NCBI GenBank assembly: GCA_029953675.1
Contig: JAMWBK010000004.1
Coordinates: 1,240,001-1,304,000, forward strand
Direction: 5' to 3'
Length of the DNA: 64,000 nucleotides
From: Rhodosorus marinus CCMP1338
Lineage: Eukaryota; Plantae; Rhodophyta
Positions within the stretch are counted from its first letter, which is position 1, and the number at the start of each line of letters is the position of its first letter. The position numbers and the translations under genes are program-made. This document shows positions 13,331-24,664 of this stretch, piece by piece. The notes below the pieces were generated by a model, which made no database searches, had not been told where the DNA came from, and saw only the letters and a program-made list of their open reading frames with translations.

Positions 13331-15048
13331 CCATCTCCAACTTTACACAGAAATATCAACTCAGGTCCTGATCAGTTGCCTTAGTTTCCCAAATTGGGAA
13401 CTAGCTGCACAATAAGTACACACAGCATATCTGTCCAACGAAAGTCAGCATCGCCCAACCCACCGGGGCTGGAACCATATAGGTATGCAATTGGGGAACA
13501 TCTACCTCCCTCACCCCTCCAAAACCCCCGCCATCTTCTCCAACACCATCTCCCACCCACCCCATAAAAAAATATCCCAGCAAAACAAAGTGGGAATCAA
13601 TTGATCCTCTTTTTCCCCATCTCCCCCCCCCCCCCTTTCAAAGCTAGCTCCCTCCCTTCCGTTTTCAGCCAATCAACATCAGATGGAAACCCGTGACTAT
13701 AATTTTCTACTTTCCTGTACGATTCCTGTATTGACCGGACTTTTCCCCTCTCCGATAAAGAACAAAAAAATAAATAAATCTAGGATATCATCAGGTAGGC
13801 ACAAAAAAAAACCCAAAAAACTTATATTCATGAAAATATGTTGCAGAGATTGCTAAAAAAAAAAAGCCGATCAGTTTCAGAAGCCCAGCTGATCAGCACT
13901 TCTATCTACTACCCCCCTTCGCATTGTCTTAAACAATATCTTCAATGGGCATTTAACTCCCCTTATAATTTGCACAAATTCAAAATATCCCCATTATTTA
14001 TATCAATAATAACATAAAACTATTTCTTAGTAAGGGGTGAATATATCAGTAGAAGTCCTACCTCCTGATGGTCATATCATATGGAACCCCCTTCCCAAAA
14101 ATATTACCTTCACGGAATATTGAATTAGCCCCTGTTGGGTTTTGCTTTCGTTTTTTCCTTCATTTTGAGGGGGTGGGTCACGTACGGTAGCCGATGGTGT
14201 TTCGTTTTCAGTGACGATGCATATGCTTTTTATTGGTAATGTTTTGAGGGGTATACCATCTCAAAGCTATATCCACAGAAAAATCAATAAACAGAGAACT
14301 ATTTTTTTTTGTTCATGGATGAAATCGAGATTTGTAAGGATCAATGCAGAGTGAGGCCAGGGGAGGGGGGGTTATATGTTGTTGTAAAATATTCTTCTAG
14401 ATTCGTTTTGTGTATTATCTTTCATTTTGAAATATTTCAAAAAGAGAGAGAGGAGAAACGGATAGGGGTTGTAACAACTTTGGAAAGAACAGGGATTCGC
14501 TAAGGTGGGTGGAGGGGGGAAATGAGTGGGTGTATGCATTGGCGCAACAAGGAGGGGAAACAGAGTCTTCGGTACCCACTTGGAAGGGGGGAAGATGAGA
14601 TGCTATGGGGCTTATCGGTGAATGGAGATCTTGGGGAATGGTTCGTGTGGAGTATTGCTTTGACTTTGGAATGAGTATAGGGGAGGAGGGACGATGGGTG
14701 TTTGCAGGGAGGGAAGGAGGAAGGCATCGAGTTTCGAGTGAAGGAGGTGAAGTTGCGGATGCTTGGTTTGGGAAGGGTTTTGGTAGGGGGCGAGGGCGAG
14801 ACAAGGCAGGGTGAACTTTTGCCCGGCTGAGTGGATCGGAAAAGGGGCTCGTGGATGGAGGGATTTCCACGAGCTGCGGTTGTCGGTGTTTTTTTGGATA
14901 TTTAGTTTGAGTAAGTCACGAGTCTTGTATTAAAGCGGTTTGGCGGAGCTGGAAGTTGTCGAGGTATAGTAGACGGGTACTTGGCGCTTAGCGTCGGCTT
15001 TGAGCATCCACTTGTTGTTGCGAGAGAAGGTGCTTGCCTGGCTGCGAT

Positions 15049-16458
15049 ATGAGTGAAGAGTTTGGTCCGGGCCAGCTGTCTACTTCAGCTCCGGTCCGGT
15101 ATGCTCACCCACCCTTTGCGATGTTCCTCTACGGCGGGGTGGTCCAAGAGGATGAACACGTAACGGTTTGGGAGCCAAAGTCTGGAAAAACGGTTGCCGG
15201 GAACGCTGCCCCGTACCGGAAAAATCTTCGGGGATGGTTGCTGCAGCATCCGGGCTGGGAAGAAAAAGCAGACGAGCTCAAAACATCCAAGAGAAGATCT
15301 GCGGCTAGGAAGCAAAAGGCTGTTGCCTCCGCGTTCGCTGCAATGTGCGCTCATGCTAGTGATATCGTGCATGCCGTTTCCAACGAGGTTGCGGGTTGGC
15401 TTGCGGCCACGGGAGCATCTCGCGCTACCGATAGCGATGGCGAATGGTCACAGGATGATGAAATACGCCTAAAGGAGGCTCTTGTACAGAGAGGAGAACA
15501 GCTATATTTTTCTGGAGGCAAACTTACAAACGACTCAGAACTGCAATGGAAGGGGATATGTGCGGCTTTTGTTCCTCGGCGATCCGGAGTGGACGTTCTC
15601 CGCAAGTCTAGGGACCTGCTCGAGCAGGGCTTGCTCTCCTACTCGAATGACGGAAGGATGTATCGCTCAACGTCGGGCTACGGCTCTCCGGTCGATGCCA
15701 CTGGGCACCCAACGGCGTCACCGCTTTCGTCTTCTCTCTCTTTCCTGGAACGCCAACTGCTTCCTCCTCGGGAGCCCCGTATAACCGTATGGGACCCTGC
15801 TACTGGTGCGTACTCACTGAGTAGTATCCTGTTCCTGCGCGTTTTGTGTCCACGCTCATTAGCTGATTTCAACCCTGGACCCAAGAGCGTACAACCTGCT
15901 TTATCGGCATATGCAATCAACTCTTTCATTCGGTTTCCGCTCTGACCCAAGTGCTCCCAATCTTCTTTGCGCATGATAGGACGGACTGTATCGGGGAATG
16001 CTGCGCCCTGCAGAAGAAATCTGGATACGTGGATCCGAGCTCACCCGGGATGGGAGCCAAAGACTGAAGACCAGCTGTCAAGTAGTAGGAGAGTAAAGAG
16101 CAAGAGAGATGGCTCCGTCGGGTTCAGCGCCATGTCGACGTCCACTCCGCAACTCAGCGACGCGCTTGACGCGCTCATGTTGCTGGGTCAGAGCCCTACG
16201 GTTGGCTCAGGTAGGGTCTCCCGCTTAAGCAATACGTTTCTGTGGATCGGCATACCAGGGTACTCACTTCTAGTTCTACGTTTTTCGTCGTTGACAGCTC
16301 CACCTATTGCAGTAGACCGCAAGGTTGAGACGGCTTCAACATCAAGTGACATGGACATTGACAATGGCGACTTTGACGAAATCGACGATGAGCTGGAGGA
16401 ACAGAATACTCATCGCCCAATGATCAGAAGTTCAGCGCCCATGTCAATTCCGGATTGA
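15049..16458 (+). CDS. BRK - Myb/SANT-like - BRK domain protein (3 exons)
   Basis: Two BRK-like repeats: HVTVWEPKSGKTVAGNAAPYRKNLRGWLLQHPGWE and RITVWDPATG|RTVSGNAAPCRRNLDTWIRAHPGWE, the second split by an intron at about 15807-15978. Myb-like WSQDDEIRLKEAL...WKGICAAFVPRRS lies between them. Confidence 0.8.
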
Positions 16459-17616
16459 TTAGAGTGACCATAGATTCCCAGAGTTTTCGCAAGCCTTTTC
16501 AAACAGGAGTCCGCTTCCGAAGGTTCCGAGTGCAGATAGCCAAACAGGTCGTTGGAGCCCAGCTTCAGTAATTGAAACGTACTTATTTCTAAGCTAAACA
16601 TAGGAGGATTTTGTTCCATGGAAGAATGATTAGCTCGCTTTGGAGGCTTCAGAGGCCCTGTGGTCGGTTTTTCGAGATTCCGTTACCTCTCGGAGAGCTG
16701 GTCACGTACTGTAGTTCATGCCTTTCTTTAACGGCTCTGCTGCAGGTTTTGCCAGCCCGTTGCCGAGGTATTGCAACGTGCCAAGCGCAATCGGCGGGTC
16801 ACAAGGAGCCCGTGAACTTCGGTGAAGACCAAAAGGTAGGAGCCCCCGTGTATCGAACACGTACTCCGAACATGGGTGAGAGACATCTGTCGGTACCGTG
16901 CACGACGTTTTCTACCCTGAGCCCTTGCTAGGCCGGCCCGAATAAGCCACCTCGAAATGGTCAACGGACAGGAGGACAGCCGGCGCTCCTTGTTGGTGTG
17001 AAGAACATTCGCCTTGGCGAGGTGTGCAGAGAATCCGAGAACCTTGTTAATTGCATTTGAAGTTTGTTATGTGAAAAGCGAATCTCATCAAAAAAAAACA
17101 AAAAACGCAGTCAGTCAGTCCATGCGGTAACGAGTTCGCTTAGAAAACCTCAGGACCACCCATCCTTTTCTCTTTCCCTGCCAAACCGACTACCCTCTAC
17201 AATCGATCCAGGGAGCCCGCGAGATTGAGAGACAATCTTCGTTCAAACTTGCATATCATAGTATGGTAACATGCTCTCAGTCGGAGCTATCCGAACTTTT
17301 CTTCCAAAGAACCTTCACGTCCGGCCTGCGCTTTGGAAGACCTCTCCCAAAATTGTCTCTGCATGTTGACATTCAGACCTTCAATCGGATATCTTTATTT
17401 GTTTTTTCTTCTTTAAAACGTCTTCGGATGGGAATTTTGGGACATTGGGAAAAAGGCGGATCGACGACGAGGGTAAAAAATTGGTGTCTCTGAAGAGTAG
17501 ATTTGAGGATGGGGAGAGGAGGGGTTGGGGGGGAAGGAGTGAGAGGGAAGCAATCGGGTAAAGGATCGTATAAGCTGAGTCTTAGAGGGTTTGTAGTGGT
17601 AGTCTGTTTTAAGGAT

Positions 17617-19732
17617 ATGATGGATGGTCCTGCGAGCGTAGCGAGGGGAAACGGGATGAGCAAGGAAAGCGATGGGTTTCTATCGAGAGTATCTGAACGG
17701 GCCAAGTCTACGAGATTGGGGAATATAACAGCCGCGAGAAGCGTTGCTGATGCCGTGAGGACATCATTAGGTCCAAGGGGAATGGATAAGATGGTTCAGA
17801 CGGAAACCGGCGACGTTTTGGTAACCAATGATGGGGCGACGATCCTAGAGAAAATGAACGTGCAGCATCCTGCCGCGAAAACACTTGTGCAGCTTTCAAA
17901 GGCTCAGGATATTGAGGCCGGTGATGGTACGACATCCGTAGTAGTTATCTGTGGTGCTTTGCTGGAGGCCAGCCTGGAGCTCCTCGAAATCGGAATTCAT
18001 CCGACGATCATCTCAGAATGCTTTCAGGTAACTGTGGCGTTCACCGTGGACTTTGCAATGTTCACAAAGCCGTTGCCTGGAAAACTGACTCATGATCTGA
18101 AATCTTGTGGTGGTCTGGATGCAGATCGGCTTGGATAAGTCCCTGGGTGTGTTGGAGTCCATGTCCACTCCCGTGGACCTAGAAAATCGTGAAGAGCTGG
18201 TGCGAGCGGCGTCCACTTCTCTGAATTCCAAGGTCGTTGCACAGCATGCTTCCCTGCTTGCACCGCTCTCCGTGGACGCCGTGTTGTCTATAGCTGGTGA
18301 TGAGCGTCAGGGAGCAGATCTGAGGAACATCCGCGTTGTAAAAAAGTTGGCGGGCACCGTTGATGAAACAGAGCTCATCCCCGGTCTTTTGTTGAACCAA
18401 ACTGCGGAAAGTGGCGCAAGCGGTCCGACGAGGATTGAAAAGGCTAAAATTGCGTTGATCCAGTTCCAGTTGTCCCCGCCCAAGACCGACATGGAGAACA
18501 GCGTTGTTGTCCAGGACTACGCAGCGATGGACCGTATTCTGAAAGAGGAGCGGACTTACATTCTCCAGCTTGTGAAGAAGATCAAGGTTTGTACAAAACA
18601 GAAAGCTTTTCTGACCTTTTGCTGCATTTTGCTTTGGAAATGAGTTTGCATGGGGCTGGCAGTGCGCCGATCTGTTGTGGCAATAGACTGCTGTGGTCGA
18701 TCTCTTAGATTTCACCGCGCAAGACCCCGAGTCTGATTCTGAAACTTCCTTTGTTCGTCTGTTGATCCTCTGCTTTTACCCAGGCCACGGGTGCGAATGT
18801 CCTGTTGATTCAAAAGTCCATTCTTAGGGACGCTGTCACAGATCTATCGTTGCACTTCCTCGCGAAGGTGAAGATCATGGCTGTCACTGATATCGAAAGG
18901 GACGAGATAGAATTTATTTCAAAGACTCTCGACTGTGTTCCTATTGCGTCTCCCGAGGCGCTCTCAGCGGACAAGTTGGGAAAAGCTGAGCTCGTGGAAG
19001 AAGGTAGGGCTTTTTTGCATCAATTCTCGCTTGTGCCAATATCGTAGAAAAAAATGTTCTTGCTCATGATCGTGGACTTTGATCTTCCGTTCCATCAAAT
19101 TCTACAGTGTCCTTTGGATCCGAAAAGGTCGTCAAGGTCACTGGAATTTCGACAACTCCGGACAAGCCGAAAACCGTGTCGGTCTTGCTGCGTGGATCCA
19201 GCCAAATGGTCTTGGACGAAGCGGAGAGGTCGATCCATGATGCGATGTGCGTCGTGAGGTGTCTTGTGAAGAAGCGGGCTATGATCCCCGGTGGCGCTGC
19301 GCCAGAAATGGAAGTCAGCGTTCAGCTGGCGAAGCTTGCAAAGCAGCTTCCTGGTCACCAAGGTGAGTGGATTCGGCCTATTTAAGGAGCCCCGGCCAGG
19401 CATGCTCGCCCCGACGAATTCAGTCCTCACGCAGCTGGGGTTCGCGTCTTGTAGGTTTTTGTGTCGGGAAGTATGCTAAAGCCCTGGAGGTCATTCCTTA
19501 CACGCTGGCGGAAAACGCCGGGCTCAACCCTATCGAAATCGTAACGGAGCTTAGGAAACTCCACGCAGAGGGCTTGCAAACTTACGGAATCAATGTAAAG
19601 AAGGGAACAGTGACGGACATCGGTGAGGAGCAGGTTGTCATGCCCTTGCTTGTGTTTACGAGCGCGTTGTCGCTGGCAACAGAAGCCGTGAGGATGATTC
19701 TTAAGATTGACGATATCGTCATGACCAGATGA
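17617..19732 (+). CDS. CCT4: T-complex protein 1 subunit delta (CCT4), multi-exon
   Basis: [93 protein letters not shown]: delta-subunit signature motifs. Confidence 0.97.
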
Positions 19733-20274
19733 AAAACACCCTTTCTCTAGATGAAGGAGCGGCAAGGACGTGAAACAGCGCCTTGGCACTTGCGTGTTTT
19801 GTTTTTTTTTTGCGCTGATGCCCAGCTGCTGCTAGAGTTGCCTGTTTCACTAAAGCGAAGAACGTTTGCATCAGTGTGACGACGGCAGTCTGGTCGAGCG
19901 GGACTTACCGGAGCTCTGGGGAGTGCTTACTGTCTACACTACAAAGGGGCAAAGTTTCATTCTCCACTAGAGACGAGATTCTGCTGAGTAAGATCGGCAT
20001 ACACACCATGTGAGGGTTACTAACTACCACACGTAAATGGACGAATTATCTCTAGTCAAATTCATTTACATTAGGTTCTGTGGGTCACAAAGCCAACGCT
20101 GGTCGACAAAAGGAACGGACTCTCGGGCTCCTCACTCAGCTCGCGCCCCAAACCCAGTGATTATAATATTTCTGGCCCCTTCATGTGGTCCGTATGGAAT
20201 CTCGTTCTTATCGACTGCTGCGATCGATCCCTGCACGGACGATGGATCAATTGATGTACCCCAGGAGGCCCACA

Positions 20275-21161
20275 TTAGACACTTGAGCTAAGACTAGGGG
20301 GCCCGCACTTCTCCCACTTGCGTAACCGGTACGCAGCGTCAACGTTCAGAAACAGGAGGCCAGTCCAAAAGAAAGCATTGAACGCCGTGATTACCTGCCA
20401 GAAGACCTATATCGCGAATGGTCCCGCAACAGATAGACACAAACAACGAAATCAGAGTCGGTCAATGTTTCAAATCAAAGCGCAACCAGAGCTCACGCTT
20501 CGCAGGACTTACCAAAAGCGGATCTCTCACAGTAAGATATCTCAACCATCCGTTGAAACTTCCCCAACCCAGTAGAAGGTTGAGGAATATGTTGAGGATG
20601 AGGAACGCGTGGAGGTACGTGGCGGTTTTCATAGCTTTGAAATCAGTTTGCCACAACCCAAAGAACACCCGTTCGACTGTAATGGAAGCCGTAAGAAAAT
20701 ACAACAGACCAAGAAATATTGAAAGGAGGAGCCAGATCCACGCCCAGTCGTTGTTCGCAATCGTCAGAACCAGCCAAATGATGAAGTTGAAGACCGATGC
20801 CACATTGATCAACCAGAAGAGTCTCACAGTCCTCACCAAAACGTCCTTTTGGAGAATCGGGGTAGAGAGCGTAAGTCACTTGAGCCCGTATCTCTAACCT
20901 TTGAGAGTCTGGAAGGAGCAGAAGCGAACTGCCTACCTGTGCACTCTCGGACAGATGAGAGTTCTCCACGTACCACATCTTCAGCAGCGGAGGAAAGTTC
21001 TTCTCATAAATTCTCGTATTAGTCTGTCCTCCGGCAGAAGAAATCACATCGCTCATCGAAATTCTGCCAATTGACGAACCTCCATTCGTCCCAGACTCCT
21101 GCCCGCCCCCAATCGAAGACGTAACCTGGTTCGTAACGGCAAACTTCGACACGGCGTCCAT
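20275..21161 (-). CDS. SCAMP-family (secretory carrier membrane protein-like) 4-TM protein
   Basis: KNFPPLLKMWYVE (SCAMP NWPP-like), four hydrophobic helices, LLLGWGSFNGWLRYL, and a last exon VFWQVITAFNAFFWTGLLFLN...SSV* ending at 20275. Confidence 0.65.
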
Positions 21162-22632
21162 TCTCTTCCAACCTCAAGTATTCACACCCCTCACGAAAAA
21201 ACTACTACCAAAACCCCAACAGAAAAAAAAAAAAACCGCGGAGAACCCACCCACCATCCAACCACCCTCATACATAACCACTAATGCACCCCTACAAATA
21301 CGAGTACAATTCCCATCCTCACCATCTCATACCAATGCCCATCCATCTTCCAGCACTATGTCATCGGCCAGTTCAATCCCATCCCCCAATCCCCCTTACC
21401 AGTGATTTCCCTTCCATCGTCAAACACAGCGGCCCACACCCGCAGCAAATAAAACCAAAATTAAAATATGGAAGACATCCCCCTGGGCCTCTCTCCGTAT
21501 ACAAAAAAAAAGAAAAAAAAAAGAAGATCAAAGTAGGGTTGTCATATCTGCCTGACAAGAAACCGCCTGATTATGTTCGATATACACGTATATATCAGAC
21601 AGTCTGGTATACATATATTTTAGCTGAAGTTTCTACTACCAAATGGGAACTTTTTCTGCCATGAGTGCGATATAAGTTTATAATACCTGAAAATAGAAAT
21701 TATTAAGCAGCTAAGTCTGATATTGGTCAGATAATGACTGATTGATGTCCAATATCCCTCAATCAACGACGAATATTGATTGACGAGCAATCTTGCAACG
21801 TTCTCAAGTCTGAGCATCATGAAAAACCATAACATTATGTTCGACGGTCTGTATATCAAGAAGTAGCCGTGATTCAAATATAATTGCGTGACAGCCTGTC
21901 ACGCTTAAAACGAGAATTTAAACGTCCTCTGATGACGTTTGTCCCAAGTTTTTCAATTTCTTCGAAAATCGGCTTTTCCGTTTTTCTCAGATTTAACTTC
22001 CCTTTCCTAACTCTTCCTAACTCCCTTCTGCACCTCTCTCTTCCTACGGCTAGCCGTGAGAGGATGTCATACTAACCGTATATATAGGCTAAGGTTAAAA
22101 CATGCCAAATCTTGAGACGATTCTCCACTTTAGCCCTCAGGCTATCCTATGTTTAGCCATTATCTGTGCTAGATGGTACTAGATTTAGCACTCTGTCTTT
22201 GTACTGAACCTGTCTCTTCAGGACTTGACAAGCATGATTCAATATCTAAGCCATAGATGATTGATTATTGGATATGCATTGATTGAATATCCGACGTTTT
22301 GTCGGACCCATAATCAGACAGGTGTTTTAGAAGAAATCGAATCAGACACCCCTTAATTATCTACTTTTATTCAATAGTACATGGACGTGAAGTTTATCGG
22401 ACTCGTCTGATAACATTTATCGGACGGATTATGACTACCATAAGGACATGCACTTGGCACTTGGTAGGTGCTACTGAGGCATCAAATATTATTTAGATAT
22501 CTGGGTGAATACGCTTTTAAAGAAATATAAATTTCGATTATTGAGACAGGCTGTTTGGCGGAGGAGCTGTAAGTGTCATGTTCTTAACAAAACAGCGCTT
22601 GTTGGTATGTCGACAACCTCTGCCATACAGCT

Positions 22633-22720
22633 GGTGATGGTGGTGGTAATGGTGGTGGTAATGGTGGTGGTAATGGTGGTGGTAATGGGGGTGATAACGG
22701 TGGTGGTGATGATGATGGTG
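22633..22720. repeat. 12-bp minisatellite (GGTGGTGGTAAT)n
   Basis: About four perfect units plus degenerate flanking units, read directly from the sequence. Confidence 0.9.
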
Positions 22721-22994
22721 TCAGGCTTGGGGTGGTTTTGTCAGGGAATTGGGATTTGACTGGTGATAGACTAGATTCACCTGGGTAACAAAGCTCATCT
22801 CCCATCAAAAGAACGGTTCAGTTGCGAGTGTGGCGCGCACCTTCGATCCATTTGAGGGTGGGTGGAACACGACGACCCCAATCGGTGATCAAAGACTGTC
22901 TACTTGGGGAAGTCATCCCCCCAATTAAGCTAGCCGTTGGTGGGAATTTTCTAGCGGGAGTACAGGGGAGCGATCCTCTAACTTGACCTCTGCG

Positions 22995-23633
22995 ATGGCG
23001 GACGATAGCTTTCGAGTTGAAATTGACGGCGTGGTGAGATATCTGCCGAAGATGAGGGTCAACCAGAACACGTCCATTGCAGTTTTCAATAACCTCGGAG
23101 ATACGGAACTAACTGAGGCGTGTGCAAACGAGCTATCCAAGCGACTTAGCAGCGTGAGCTTTGACTTTATCATAACCCCGGAGGCGAAAAGTATCCCGCT
23201 CGCGCACGCCGTTTCAGTGCGCATGGGTATGCGTCCCTACGTCGTGCTCAGAAAAAGGTACAAGACGTACATGGGCGATGCAACTCAGGTTGAGACGAAC
23301 TCAATTACAACAGGCAGGATACAAACTCTGTTTCTAGATCAGAAAGACAGAGAGCTGATCAAGGGCAAGTCCGTACGTTCGCAGCCCAACACAGAATTCT
23401 TACATCTCAGTTGCCTTTCTCTCAACAAGACGTTTTCCGTCGTTTGTGCGGCCGCACAGGTGGTACTCCTAGATGATGTGATAAGCACAGGTTCAACCTA
23501 CGACGCCATGCGCACAGTAGCCAGGAAGGCTGGAGCGGAGGTGAAATTGGCTTGCTGCGTTTTCACCGAGGGCGGTGCAGACGGACTCCCTGACATAGCA
23601 TCCCTGGGCCACTTACCAATTTGGACGGATTGA
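22995..23633 (+). CDS. Purine (adenine-type) phosphoribosyltransferase, bacterial-like subfamily; one 87-nt intron (23373-23459)
   Basis: FDFIITPEAKSIPLAH, YVVLRKRYKTYM, SITTGRIQTLFLD, and the PRPP-binding loop VVLLDDVISTGST. The GT..AG intron removes a 29-aa insertion just before that loop. Confidence 0.88.
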   Translation: MADDSFRVEIDGVVRYLPKMRVNQNTSIAVFNNLGDTELTEACANELSKRLSSVSFDFIITPEAKSIPLAHAVSVRMGMRPYVVLRKRYKTYMGDATQVETNSITTGRIQTLFLDQKDRELIKGKSVRSQPNTEFLHLSCLSLNKTFSVVCAAAQVVLLDDVISTGSTYDAMRTVARKAGAEVKLACCVFTEGGADGLPDIASLGHLPIWTD

Positions 23634-23878
23634 GAACACCGGGGACGGGGGGAATCCCTCGCTGTCGAACCGTCAATAGGCTGGCGAGAGTGATGTAGTC
23701 TTGAAATAGAAGGACCACCGTTCCGAATTGGTCACATGACTGACGCCGACCACCAGCCCTTCGGCTCTACGATTATGGAGCTTATAGTATTATTTACAAA
23801 CGACACGTGCAAGTTTGCTACGACGAAAAATAGACGGACCCTCCTATCCCATTCCTGCGAACACAGTACGTCAAATCC

Positions 23879-24455
23879 CTAGACCTCCAGAATCATCCGC
23901 GGCTCCAAATTGTGGTTGCAGAGGGGACACCTAGGACGCTTCTTCAACCATGACGTTATACATCTGAACGGAGCCGAAGAGGGGGGAACACGGGAAGTCT
24001 CTCGTCAGATCCAAGGTCAATCTAGAAAGGCGAGCGGAAAAGTACGAGCTTGCTTACGTCGAGTGGAACTCATGCGCACACGGCAACAACCGGATAAGAT
24101 CGCCGTCCACAATCTCGTCGAGGCATACTACGCAGGCGTTCTCTCCTCCGTGAATAGCTCTTGGTGAGCAGCACTCTTCATAGGCCCCTTCCTCGTCCAT
24201 TGCCAGGTAGACCATCTCCGGAGCTAAAAAATCTAGTTCAACTTTGTTCATATTGGTCCCATTCGTCGAAAGAATGCTTTCACTATTTTCGGATAGACCT
24301 CCTTCGAGCCCTCTTCGTCGACGGCTTCCGCGATCCCTTCGTCGTATTCTCTTCTGCCTCCCCATCCATCCAAATAAACACCCGTAAAAGACAATTCCCA
24401 GCAAAACCAAAGCTATCACAGCGAACGCAATAAACACAATCCCAGTCACAGACAT
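23879..24455 (-). CDS. RING-H2 E3 ubiquitin ligase with N-terminal TM (ATL-like), 2 exons
   Basis: N-terminal hydrophobic helix; CVVCLDEIVDGDLIRLLPCAHEFHST|CITSWLKKRPRCPLCNH forms a complete RING-H2 across the intron. Confidence 0.9.
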
Positions 24456-24633
24456 TTTCTGCGTTCCTATCCAGTTCCAGTGAACTGCTGCAGCAGCACT
24501 ATAACCTCTCCCCTATTCTCCAGTTCCTCCCTTCTATAAAAATTCCCATACTCCAAACCCTCCTCTTAAATGCCCTCCCCCTCCCCACCCGAAAAACTCT
24601 ATTCACCAACCCCCATTCACCAGTCCAACCCAC

Positions 24634-24662
<29 letters not shown>
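24634..24662. repeat. (CA)n microsatellite
   Basis: Uninterrupted AC run upstream of the RING-H2 gene. Confidence 0.9.

Positions 24663-24664
<2 letters not shown>

Noticed and set aside
14415-14870. 151-aa Pro-rich minus-strand ORF, and similar Pro/His/Lys-rich ORFs at 24570, 35450 and 50650
   Set aside because: By-products of the C/A- or G/T-skewed upstream blocks, not protein-like.
16460-17100. Short ORFs between the BRK gene and CCT4
   Set aside because: No consistent frame or motif.
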